From Candidatus Pacearchaeota archaeon (GTDB taxonomy: Archaea > Nanobdellota > Nanobdellia > Pacearchaeales > GW2011-AR1): a stretch of 64,000 nucleotides of DNA. The DNA lies in the NCBI GenBank assembly GCA_041659945.1, contig JBAZXH010000001.1:627262-691261 (forward strand), read 5' to 3'. The notes under the pieces were generated by a model. The model was given only the letters and a program-made list of their open reading frames with translations. It was not told where the DNA came from and did no database searches. The position numbers were made by a program, and so were the translations under genes. Numbering within the stretch: position 1 is the first letter of the stretch; each line of letters starts with the position of its first letter. Of this stretch, positions 1 to 8,903 are shown piece after piece.

Positions 1-857
1 ATTTTTATACTGGCAATCCAGTAAAAGGAGGAGTTAAAAAGGTTGTATGTGATCGTGTTCTGCCAAGTCTAGATGCAGAGGGGAAAAAAGAAATAATTGA
101 AGATTATCTTGCTTTGGCTGTAGGATGCATCAAAGGAGCTGATTATGAAGAAATAGAAGCTATTGCAGATCAGTATGGATTAAATGAATTTTTATTAAAA
201 ACATTAAGAAAAAGAGAACATCATCAGTGGGCAGCTAGGACAGCTGTGAAACTTGGAAGAAAAAAAGATGCTAGAGATCTTTTTTATGCAGCTGGAAATT
301 TTGATTCAGCAGCTGATAATACTGATGATCCTGTTAATAAGGCTACATTTTATCTTAGATCAGCTACTCAAATAGCAGATAGGAGATTTCAGCCAAGTCT
401 ATTTTTTGATCCTAAAAGGTATAATGCTGAAGTTGAGAAGATGCAACAAGCACTTGCTTTAGTTGGAGATAATGGAGCACAATTACAGGATACAACTTTT
501 ATTGGAGCTGCTAGAGGGCTTGTATCTAAACTTGTTGAAAAAGGAGATTTTTCAGAAGCATGCGCATTTATTAGAGATAGTGGTTTACCACGAGATAGGT
601 TTATAGAATTTGTTACAGATGAACATCTTGTAAGGGCAGAGACTGCTGGAGATTATGGTGGTTGTTGTTCTTTAGCAAGACTTCGTGGAGATGAAGCTGC
701 TGCAAGATCATATGCCTTATTGGCAGAACATAATGCTCCAAATTATACTCATCCACCTATAATGCCAACAGGTCTTGCTGATTTTATTTACACTCCTTCT
801 AAAAGTGGAGTACAGGTTGGTGCTGGTGAAGATGGAGATGAAGATATTCCTTTTTAA
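1..857 (+). CDS. hypothetical protein, 5' end outside window
   Basis: The frame is open from nt 3 with no stop until TAA at 855-857. The TTG at 114 in the ORF track is only the first possible start inside a longer frame. No motif recognised. Confidence 0.55.
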   Translation, partial: FYTGNPVKGGVKKVVCDRVLPSLDAEGKKEIIEDYLALAVGCIKGADYEEIEAIADQYGLNEFLLKTLRKREHHQWAARTAVKLGRKKDARDLFYAAGNFDSAADNTDDPVNKATFYLRSATQIADRRFQPSLFFDPKRYNAEVEKMQQALALVGDNGAQLQDTTFIGAARGLVSKLVEKGDFSEACAFIRDSGLPRDRFIEFVTDEHLVRAETAGDYGGCCSLARLRGDEAAARSYALLAEHNAPNYTHPPIMPTGLADFIYTPSKSGVQVGAGEDGDEDIPF

Positions 858-921
858 TTAATTTTTATTTTCAATAAAGTCGAACCGAAGAAAATAAATA
901 GTTCTTTGTATTAGGTTTTTA

Positions 922-1554
922 ATGCCTAAAGTTACTAAAAAGAAAGGTGATTTAAAAAAACTGAAAAAAGTAGAGGTTAGTTTGTCTTCTAAGTCAAATA
1001 AATCAAGCAAAGTTGAAGTTGCTGAAATTAAACGGCCTAGAGAAGAGGAATTTGATGAAGAAGATAATTTAAATAATTTTATTGGTTTTTTTGATCCTAG
1101 ATTACTTAGTGTTGGTAGTGGTGTATTGAGAGGGCCGGTTTTGGATTCGGAAAATAGATCTTTGGAAGGAAGTGTTGGAGGTGTGCAAAATGCTCCTGAA
1201 GCAGCAAATCTGGAAAAGGAAAAACAAGCGAATGTTAATCCTTATGTTACTAATTCTGGAATTGATTATACCATACGGCTAGGTCAAGACTTTACAATGC
1301 AGAATGCAAGAAAAAGACGAAACGATGATATGGATGAAACTGTTTTGACAGCTCGTAGAAAAAGAGAAGAAAGGGCTTTTATTCAACCAGAGGAAAGAGC
1401 TTTGAATGTTGGAGATTTTAGAAGAGAAATGACTCAGCAGGGAGGAAGTATGGGTGCAGATGAATATTCTAATTATGTTGTTGGAGCGGATAAACTACAG
1501 TATGAAAGTGGTCTGCCCTTTGAGCAAAAGGAAGAAAAGAGAAAAAGATTTTGA
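922..1554 (+). CDS. hypothetical Lys/Glu/Arg-rich protein
   Basis: 210-aa ORF with ATG start and a highly charged low-complexity N-terminus (KKKGDLKKLKK). No motif recognised. Confidence 0.5.
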   Translation: MPKVTKKKGDLKKLKKVEVSLSSKSNKSSKVEVAEIKRPREEEFDEEDNLNNFIGFFDPRLLSVGSGVLRGPVLDSENRSLEGSVGGVQNAPEAANLEKEKQANVNPYVTNSGIDYTIRLGQDFTMQNARKRRNDDMDETVLTARRKREERAFIQPEERALNVGDFRREMTQQGGSMGADEYSNYVVGADKLQYESGLPFEQKEEKRKRF

Positions 1555-1578
1555 GTTTTAACGAAGTTTATTAGACTA

Positions 1579-1728
1579 ATTTTGAAATCATACCATAACT
1601 GTTTGTGCTACGCAAAACATCCCTAATTTAAAGCTGTTTAATATATGCTAGAATATTATTACCTAGCTAACTTTTAACCTATAGAAGTTAAATGAGCAGA
1701 GCGAATGATTGTTTATTTATTTTCAATA
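1579..1728 (+). repeat. intergenic repeat family 1, copy A (left arm of an inverted pair)
   Basis: Aligns by hand to the reverse complement of 5074-5207 and partly to rc(28985-29085). Starts 24 nt after the stop of the 922..1554 gene. Confidence 0.75.
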
Positions 1729-1780
1729 CAAAAACATAAATATTTAAACTTAATTTTTTATCTATATACTAGAGGTGTAA

Positions 1781-3673
1781 ATGTCTTATCAATATTTTTA
1801 CGAAGGAGCATATTCTGCATTGGAACCTAAATATGGTGATTTATTTGTTGGTTATAGGTTACCTGCTGGAAGTTTAGGTGCTACTACAAGTGTACAAACT
1901 GCAAATCAGATAAAAGAAGTTAATAATTTATTAAATCAGGGAATGAGAAATATTGAAGTTTCCATGATCAGACCTGATGTTTTGGATATGATTCCTAAAC
2001 AGCATTTAAGAGAAATAAACAGACTCTCTAAATTAACTGGAACTGAAGGAGGAATTTCTTTACATGCTCCGATTATTGATCCATCAGGTTTTACAGAACA
2101 GGGATGGGAAGAGACAAATAGAGAAGCTGTTGAAAGACAGTTTATTGATATGTTAGATAAAGCACATGCATTGAGTCCTAATGGTCCTATGCCCGTAACA
2201 ATTCATGCTTCATCTATTCCAGGAACTGAAACAATTCCATTCGAGGAAAATGGTAAAATGGGTGAAAAAACACAAAAAATGATTGCAGTTAATAGAGAAA
2301 CCGGTCAGCTAATTCCTTTGATTAGGGAAAAAAGATATTATCCTGATAGGCCGGAGGAAAGTTTTGGAAAAATTTATGAACCCGAACAAGAGTTAGAAAT
2401 TGCAAATAGAAGTCATTGGGATAATAAACTTTCACAATTATTATTTTATAAGGATAGGGGAGATGAAATTTTAGACAAAGCTGATAAGTTGGCCCAGGGA
2501 TATGTTAATGAAGCAAAAAAAACTCAACAAATTCTTAGTAGTAATATCGACCCAGAAACCAAACAGCCGTTGACTGATGAACAAAAAAGACAATATGAAG
2601 AACAAATAGTGCAGCTAAAACAGACAGCTCAACTTGCTCCACAGTCTCAGTTACAAAATGCAATGTTGTACTTTGAAAACACTCAGCTAAGTACGAGCAG
2701 TCTTTTTAATGAGGCATATAAACTTGCAGATGAGGAAGGTAGAAAAAGATTAAAAAAAGTTTCTGATGTTTTCAAAAAAGACTTTTCTCAGGCTGTTGAC
2801 AGTAGTGGTCAGCTTAGAGATCCGGTAGCTTTTTCCAATGCTCTTCAGGGGTTAATTCAGAATATGAAATCGGAAACAACTTCCTCTGACCCCAGAGTTC
2901 ATATACCTCAAGTTTACAAACCTGTTGAGGAATTTGTTACAGAAAAAGCATCTCAGACAATTGGAAATACTGCGTTTAAATCTTATAAAAATTATGGTCC
3001 AAATGCTCCGATAATTTCCATTGAAAATCCCCCCTATGGAAGTGCGGTATCAAGAGCTAAGGATGTTGCAAAACTAATTGAAGAATCAAAAAAAGTTTTT
3101 ATTGAAAGAGCTAGAAAAGAGGGAATGAGCCAGGGTGAAGCTCAGAAAGCTGCTGATAGTGTAATTGGTGCTACATGGGATACATCTCACATAGCTATGA
3201 TGAGAAAACAAGGATTTGGTTCTGAACAATTGATTAAGGAAGCTAAGACAATTGCTCCGTTTGTTAAGCATGTTCATCTAAATGATAATTTTGGAAGTAG
3301 TCATACTGATTTGCCTGTTGGAATGGGTAATGTTCCAATTAAAGAGATTATGCAAGAGTTTGATAAAGTAGGATTTAAAGGACGGCGAGTTTTTGAGGGT
3401 GGGAATTTCTTTCAGCATTTTCAACAATCACCTCATAGCTATATGTTAGAAGCTTTTGGTTCTCCAGTTTATTCTACAGCACCAGATATTGGAGGAATGT
3501 TATATTGGAATCAAGGAGTTTTAGGTGGAGGAAATTATTTTTCAGGTATGGGCACTATGCTTCCAGATCAAAATTTTCAGATGTATGGATCAGGATTTTC
3601 AGGAATGCCTACTGAACTTGGAGGGCAAATGCAGCAGAGAGGCTCTAGAATGAGTGGTACTCCGATGGCATAG
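1781..3673 (+). CDS. xylose-isomerase-like TIM-barrel protein with large central insert and Gly/Met/Gln-rich tail
   Basis: C-terminal half has WDTSH...VKHVHLNDNFGSSHTDLPVGMGNVPIKEI...FEGG, typical of the sugar-phosphate isomerase/AP endonuclease 2 TIM-barrel fold. N-terminal half has LHAP and TIHAS strand motifs. About 250 aa of charged helical sequence lies between them. The tail is GGMLYWNQGVLGGGNYFSGMG... Confidence 0.6.
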   Translation: MSYQYFYEGAYSALEPKYGDLFVGYRLPAGSLGATTSVQTANQIKEVNNLLNQGMRNIEVSMIRPDVLDMIPKQHLREINRLSKLTGTEGGISLHAPIIDPSGFTEQGWEETNREAVERQFIDMLDKAHALSPNGPMPVTIHASSIPGTETIPFEENGKMGEKTQKMIAVNRETGQLIPLIREKRYYPDRPEESFGKIYEPEQELEIANRSHWDNKLSQLLFYKDRGDEILDKADKLAQGYVNEAKKTQQILSSNIDPETKQPLTDEQKRQYEEQIVQLKQTAQLAPQSQLQNAMLYFENTQLSTSSLFNEAYKLADEEGRKRLKKVSDVFKKDFSQAVDSSGQLRDPVAFSNALQGLIQNMKSETTSSDPRVHIPQVYKPVEEFVTEKASQTIGNTAFKSYKNYGPNAPIISIENPPYGSAVSRAKDVAKLIEESKKVFIERARKEGMSQGEAQKAADSVIGATWDTSHIAMMRKQGFGSEQLIKEAKTIAPFVKHVHLNDNFGSSHTDLPVGMGNVPIKEIMQEFDKVGFKGRRVFEGGNFFQHFQQSPHSYMLEAFGSPVYSTAPDIGGMLYWNQGVLGGGNYFSGMGTMLPDQNFQMYGSGFSGMPTELGGQMQQRGSRMSGTPMA

Positions 3674-3775
3674 CGAAGGACACCTTAGGTGCTCGAGAAG
3701 GATACCTTCTCGGCAAGTTCACTTTTAACAAAGATGAACTTTTCCTACCGCACTACCTTCCCTTATCAAGGAAAA
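3672..3775 (+). repeat. post-stop structured element (family 2, long form), shares core with tRNA-Gly intron
   Basis: Begins within the TAG stop. AGCGAAGGA (3672-3680) matches 20000-20008. The 21-mer TTTCCTACCGCACTACCTTCC (3741-3761) matches 20017-20037 exactly. Two internal hairpins at 3694-3712 (8 bp) and 3715-3741 (7 bp). Confidence 0.6.
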
Positions 3776-3836
3776 TTAAAAAAGAAAGTTTTAAAAGTAA
3801 AATTTACTTGAATAAAGTAGCAAAAAAGAGGATTAA

Positions 3837-4214
3837 ATGAAAAAGAAAACAATAGGGTGGATTCAAATAATTGTGGGAATAATAATTCCTATAATTGCAA
3901 TAAGTATTATGCTTTTTTATATTCCCAAGGAAACTGGAATCAGTGTTTTTTCAGATAAAAATAAATTACTTAATCGTTTACCTATTGTGACTGATACTTC
4001 AATACCAGAAATTCAAGATAGAGTAATTCCAGGGTTTAATGGCCTATCAAATGATACAAAAATGATTCTTAGATATGAAGACTGGAATTTACAATCTAAC
4101 TTATCTAATTCAATTAATTTAGTCAAACTTATTTCTGCATCTACAATAATCTTAACTTTAATTTTATCAATTATATTAATATTACAAGGATTAGCAAATA
4201 TTGCAGATAAATAA
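3837..4214 (+). CDS. small membrane protein
   Basis: 125 aa with hydrophobic segments at both the N- and C-terminus (IGWIQIIVGIIIPIIAISIMLFY; IILTLILSIILILQG). Confidence 0.5.
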   Translation: MKKKTIGWIQIIVGIIIPIIAISIMLFYIPKETGISVFSDKNKLLNRLPIVTDTSIPEIQDRVIPGFNGLSNDTKMILRYEDWNLQSNLSNSINLVKLISASTIILTLILSIILILQGLANIADK

Positions 4215-4215
4215 A

Positions 4216-5064
4216 ATGGCAAGCAAAAAAGGCAAGAAATCTAAAAAAGTAAATGTTGAAGAAAAAACTAAAAAGAATTTTCCAACATTAGATCTGAGAA
4301 GTGATCGGGAGATCGCAATGGATTTTGCTGTTAAAGTTTATAGGAAATTTGATAAATTAGTTAAGGCTATAGTTTTATTTGGATCATCTGCAAAAAATAC
4401 TGCTGTTTCGGGTTCTGATATTGATTTAGTTATTGTGGTTGATGATGCTTCAATTAATTGGGATCCTGAATTAATTACTTGGTATAGAGAAGAACTTGGA
4501 AAGATTGTTGAAGTTAATCCCTATAGAAAAGAGTTACATGTTAATACAATAAAAACAACAACATTTTGGAGTGATTTGCTAAAGGGTGATCCAATTATTT
4601 TGAATGTTTTGCGCTATGGAGAGGCTCTTATTGATGCGGCAGGATTTTTTAATCCAATAAAAGCTTTGCTTATTCAGGGTAGAATCAAGCCAACTCCCGA
4701 ATCAATTTATACTGCTTTGCAAAGAGCTCCAGAGCATTTAATGAGAAGTAAGATTGCTAAATTAAGTTCTATCGAAGGAGTTTATTGGTCAATACTTGAT
4801 TCAGCTCAGGCAGCTCTGATGTCTGTTAAACAAACTCCTGCTTCACCAGAACATATACCTCAAATGCTAAAAGAGATTTTTGTTGATGCTGGAGAGTTAA
4901 AAATGGATTATGTGTTGATGGTCAGAGATATTTATTTAGTACATAAAAGAATATTTCACGGAGAGATGAATAATATTAGTGGAAAAGAAATTGATGATTG
5001 GCAAGTAAAAGCTGAAGATTTTATTAATACAATGGTTGCTATAGTAAGGAAGAATATTAGTTAG
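4216..5064 (+). CDS. nucleotidyltransferase (pol-beta/MNT type) fused to a helical HEPN-like region
   Basis: LFGSSAKNTAVSGSDIDLVIVVDD is a GS...DxD NTase motif. Start moved to the ATG at 4216 (TAAAATG junction with the upstream gene). Paralogous to the core of 17008..18813. Confidence 0.7.
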   Translation: MASKKGKKSKKVNVEEKTKKNFPTLDLRSDREIAMDFAVKVYRKFDKLVKAIVLFGSSAKNTAVSGSDIDLVIVVDDASINWDPELITWYREELGKIVEVNPYRKELHVNTIKTTTFWSDLLKGDPIILNVLRYGEALIDAAGFFNPIKALLIQGRIKPTPESIYTALQRAPEHLMRSKIAKLSSIEGVYWSILDSAQAALMSVKQTPASPEHIPQMLKEIFVDAGELKMDYVLMVRDIYLVHKRIFHGEMNNISGKEIDDWQVKAEDFINTMVAIVRKNIS

Positions 5065-5073
5065 ATTTATTAA

Positions 5074-5207
5074 TTCTGAAAATATAAAGATAATCATTCG
5101 CATCTGCTCATTTAACTTCTGTAGGTTAAAATTAATAAGTAAATTAAACAGCTTTAAGCTAGGCAAGTTTTGCGACAGCACAAACAATTATTGTGTGATT
5201 TCAAAAT
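5074..5207 (-). repeat. intergenic repeat family 1, copy B (right arm of the inverted pair)
   Basis: The reverse complement aligns to 1579-1728. The outer end lies 4 nt from the ppsA stop codon. Confidence 0.75.
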
Positions 5208-5211
5208 AGAA

Positions 5212-7947
5212 TTAAAAAATATCCAGTATCTCATCAATATCATCTTCGTTTATTTCTTTTAACACCTCAACATCATCATCTTCACTTTTTTTGGATGTTG
5301 GTTTTTCTTCTGAATTAGAGATTTCCTCTTCTACAATATCACTTGAGTTATCTGAATAATCATCTGCTACATAGTTTGGCACTTCTTTTTTGTTATTTGC
5401 ATTATCTGGTTTTTCAGAGTTTAGTTCGTTTAGTAATTTTCTGTCTTTTAGTTCTTCATCTGAAATTTGAGGTAGTTCGGGTATTTCATCCAGTACACTT
5501 TCTTCTTCATTTTTATTTTCATTCTCATTCAGAGGTTCTTGTATACTTTCAAATTCTACATATTCTTTTTTTGTTTTATCAAATTTTGAATAATCTTTTT
5601 CTTTTGGTTTATTATTTTCATTTTTCTCTTTTTTAAAATCATTTTTTGGTTTTTGGAAATTTGTTTTTTCAACTTGGTTCTGATTTTGAGGATGAGAACT
5701 TTCTAGTTGAGAAACTAGAACAGAAACATCGTGTGCCGCATCGGCATTTACAGAAATACTCTTTATTCCGTTTTTAATTAGAAATTCAACCATTTGTTTA
5801 TTGCTTCCTGCTTGACCACAGATACTTGATTCTACATTATGTTCTTCACATGTTCTTAAAACTCTTTTTATTGCATTGGTTACTGCAGGGTGTAGTTCGT
5901 TGTAAATATACTGAACTTGTTCATTTCCACGATCAATTGCAAGAACATACTGTGTTAGATCATTTGTTCCGAAGCTAATAAAGTCAAGACCAACATCAAG
6001 TAAATTTTTAATTATCAAACAAGCAGCAGGAGTTTCAACCATAATTCCTCTTTTTATGTTGCTTAGTTTATCCATGCCTAATTCTTTTTCTAGTTTTTTG
6101 GTTTCAATTACTTCTTCTGGAGAAATAACTTGGGGCATCATTATACCAAAAGTTTTATGTGGGAACTTTTCAGCACAGTGTTTTATTGCATTTAATTCTG
6201 CTTTGAAAAGACTAGGATTTTTTAGAGAAAATCTTATTCCGTGCATGCCTAACATTGGATTAAGTTCTACTTGTTTTGGTGCACCATCTAGATGGGAAAA
6301 TTCATCTGATCTTATATCTGAAGTTCTTACCCATACTTCTTTAAAATGTTCAGCAATCTGTTCAATTCCTGTTTGAATTAATTTTGAGTATTCACTTTCT
6401 TTTCCTTCTTTTTGGAATTTTATTGGGTGTTTGCCAGATGAGGCAATTATTCCCTCTAGTCTTAGAAGTCCAACAGCTTCACAGCCGCTTTCAGCAGCCC
6501 GGTTTGCAAAGGCAGGTATGTCTACTATTACTTTTATTTTTGTTTTTGTTGGAACTATCTTTTTGATTTCAACTTTTTTAGATTCGGTAAAACCTTCATA
6601 AACTCTTCCATTGAAACCATCAACAGTTATAACTTGACCGTCTTTTAGTGTTTTGGTAGCTTTTTCTGTTCCCACAACTGCTGGAATGCCCATTTCACGG
6701 CTTACAATTGCGGCATGAGACGTAATTCCTCCTTCATCTGTTACAATTGCTGCAGCTCTTTGCATTGTAACAACCATATCAGGATTTGTCATTTCTGTAA
6801 CTAAAATGTCTCCCTTCTGAACTTTATTTAACTCATTTAGATTCATTATGATTTTTACTTTTCCAGAAGCTAGTCCGGGTGAGGCTCCTAAACCTGAAAG
6901 AATTATATCTCCTTTGACCTCAGTTTTTGATTCTTGGGCTTTGGTTGTTATTGGACGAGTCTGTACAATGTAAATATCTGCATCTTCAACCGAGAATTCA
7001 ATATCTTGGGGTTTGTCGTAATGTTCCTCTAGTTTCATTGCATAGTCAGCTAGACGTTTTATTTCTGAATCTTTTAGAACTTGTTCTTTACTTTTATTTG
7101 GTGTTAATTTAATTTGTTCGGTGTCTCCTTGCGAATTTCTAACTAGTGCAACTTTTTTTTCAGCAATTCTTTTATCTAGAATTTCTAAATCTCTTGAAAC
7201 TTCATAGTTATCTGGTTTTATCATTCCAGATACTATTCCCTCTCCTAAACCAAAAACAGCTTCAACCATTACACTTGTATCATTTTTTACCGGGTTTCTT
7301 GAGAACATAACACCTGACTTTTCTGAATCAATCATTTTTTGAACAACCACTGCCAGTGAGAACTTTTCTTTACTAAATCCACGTTTTTTTCTGTAGTATA
7401 TTGCTCGTGCTGTGAAAAGACTAGCAAATACTTTTTTAACAGCTTCTATAAGTTTTCTATTTCCTTTGATATTTAGATAGCTTTCTTGTTGGCCTGCAAA
7501 ACTTGAATCTGACAGGTCTTCTGTTGTTGCACTTGATCTTACTGCAACAAATATTGGTTCGCTACCATGTTTTAATATTCCTAGAGCATATCTTCCAGCC
7601 TGTTCAAGTGTTTTTTTATCAACACTTAGATCTTCATAGGCCTCAAGAATTTCTGCTGCAAGATCATCTGGTAGTTCTGCATTAACTATTGTTTGACGTA
7701 TTTCTTTAGCTTTACTTTCTAGTTCTTCTGTTTCATCAACATTAATACTGTCAAGAAGTTGGAATATTTTGTTTTTTATTCCAGATTTTTCAATAAAATG
7801 ATAGTAGGCTTTTGTTGTAACCACAAATGCTGGTGGGACTGGAAATTTTGAATTAAAAATCTCTGCTAAATTTGCTCCCTTTCCTCCAGCTATCGGACCA
7901 GAATTCTTGTTTAGTTCTGATAGCCAGCGGATAAATTCATTTGCCAC
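5212..7947 (-). CDS. ppsA: phosphoenolpyruvate synthase (pyruvate, water dikinase) with low-complexity C-terminal extension
   Basis: N-terminal GGKGANLAEI ATP-grasp region, central TSHAAIVSREMGIPAVVG phospho-His swivel domain, and C-terminal PEP-utilising TIM barrel (GTNDLTQY). The last ~155 aa are Lys/Glu/Asp/Asn-rich low complexity. Confidence 0.92.
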   Translation of the reverse strand: MANEFIRWLSELNKNSGPIAGGKGANLAEIFNSKFPVPPAFVVTTKAYYHFIEKSGIKNKIFQLLDSINVDETEELESKAKEIRQTIVNAELPDDLAAEILEAYEDLSVDKKTLEQAGRYALGILKHGSEPIFVAVRSSATTEDLSDSSFAGQQESYLNIKGNRKLIEAVKKVFASLFTARAIYYRKKRGFSKEKFSLAVVVQKMIDSEKSGVMFSRNPVKNDTSVMVEAVFGLGEGIVSGMIKPDNYEVSRDLEILDKRIAEKKVALVRNSQGDTEQIKLTPNKSKEQVLKDSEIKRLADYAMKLEEHYDKPQDIEFSVEDADIYIVQTRPITTKAQESKTEVKGDIILSGLGASPGLASGKVKIIMNLNELNKVQKGDILVTEMTNPDMVVTMQRAAAIVTDEGGITSHAAIVSREMGIPAVVGTEKATKTLKDGQVITVDGFNGRVYEGFTESKKVEIKKIVPTKTKIKVIVDIPAFANRAAESGCEAVGLLRLEGIIASSGKHPIKFQKEGKESEYSKLIQTGIEQIAEHFKEVWVRTSDIRSDEFSHLDGAPKQVELNPMLGMHGIRFSLKNPSLFKAELNAIKHCAEKFPHKTFGIMMPQVISPEEVIETKKLEKELGMDKLSNIKRGIMVETPAACLIIKNLLDVGLDFISFGTNDLTQYVLAIDRGNEQVQYIYNELHPAVTNAIKRVLRTCEEHNVESSICGQAGSNKQMVEFLIKNGIKSISVNADAAHDVSVLVSQLESSHPQNQNQVEKTNFQKPKNDFKKEKNENNKPKEKDYSKFDKTKKEYVEFESIQEPLNENENKNEEESVLDEIPELPQISDEELKDRKLLNELNSEKPDNANNKKEVPNYVADDYSDNSSDIVEEEISNSEEKPTSKKSEDDDVEVLKEINEDDIDEILDIF

Positions 7948-8089
7948 TTGTTCCTCTTTTTTATATTGTTTTTAGTTAGGAAAGTTAATAGATTTGGTTT
8001 AATAAACTTTATTATGGCGTAGAAGCGAAGTTATATTTGTGAAAGAGAGTATTAGGAATATTTAAAAGGCTTAGTATAGGGTAATTAAA

Positions 8090-8515
8090 ATGAAAAAAAT
8101 AGTTTTAAGTAAAGCAGAATGTGGAGATTTGGTTCCTCATTGGCCTGATCTTAGCAAAGAAAAGCTTGTTAAGTTATGGGGGAGAAACATTAGAAATAGT
8201 AGACACTCTTTTAGTCCTGAAAAAAGAGTTGTTGTTATTGATTGTTTTCCTATTTTAATTGATAATACGGGTTTTATCTTAAATGGTAAACATAGATCAG
8301 TTTATTGTTTTAGTCATTGGTTGGATGCAGGACTTGAGGCTTGCATTGTAGAAAATGAAAAAGATGTAAGATATCATATTCCTAAATGTTGTTATGGTGA
8401 AATGGGAGTCAGAGGGGTTCTGGATGCTATGGAAAAAAAGAACCCTTTAGTTCAATATTGCCATTCTATTGGAGTTTATACAATTAAAGATTTAGCCGGT
8501 TTGGTTAAACAGTAA
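8090..8515 (+). CDS. hypothetical protein (weak ParB/sulfiredoxin-like hint)
   Basis: 141 aa. FILNGKHRSVYC loosely resembles the DGHHR motif of ParB-like nucleases. This is not strong. Confidence 0.4.
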   Translation: MKKIVLSKAECGDLVPHWPDLSKEKLVKLWGRNIRNSRHSFSPEKRVVVIDCFPILIDNTGFILNGKHRSVYCFSHWLDAGLEACIVENEKDVRYHIPKCCYGEMGVRGVLDAMEKKNPLVQYCHSIGVYTIKDLAGLVKQ

Positions 8516-8561
8516 TTTTTGTTGCTGACAGCAAGATTTAAATAGTAGCTTACTAATAATT

Positions 8562-8903
8562 ATGTGTATGATAATTAGTAAGGAAGATATATTGAGAATA
8601 AACAAAGGATTTGGAGGAACATTAAGAAGTGACTCTAGTTTAGACTATGCTATAGACCTGCAGGAAAGTAAAAAACTTGGTCCGTATAAGAAGTTAGCCT
8701 ATCTTTTGAGGGCTATACTGGTAGATCATCCATTTTCAGATGCAAATAAAAGAACAGCTATGTATGTTTCATTGGAGTTTGCAAGTGAAAATAAAAAGCA
8801 AGTAAATAATGATATATTGTTACACCAGATTATTTCAATTGCAAAACAAAACATAATTGACATAAGAAATATAGAATGGAGAATGAAAAATGCAATCAGG
8901 TAA
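8562..8903 (+). CDS. doc: Doc (death-on-curing) family toxin, Fic fold
   Basis: HPFSDANKRTA matches the Doc-type Fic motif HxFx(D/N)(A/G)NKR. The size is typical at 113 aa. Confidence 0.8.
   Translation: MCMIISKEDILRINKGFGGTLRSDSSLDYAIDLQESKKLGPYKKLAYLLRAILVDHPFSDANKRTAMYVSLEFASENKKQVNNDILLHQIISIAKQNIIDIRNIEWRMKNAIR

Noticed and set aside
3741-3761. The reverse complement of the shared 21-mer (GGAAGGTAGTGCGGTAGGAAA) resembles the AAGGTAGCCGTAGGGGAA region near the 3' end of 16S rRNA. This raised the idea of an rRNA fragment or an rRNA-mimic.
   Set aside because: The similarity covers only about 12-14 scattered positions. The flanks show nothing rRNA-like (no GGATCACCTCC), and orientation is opposite in both contexts. 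I treat it as coincidence.
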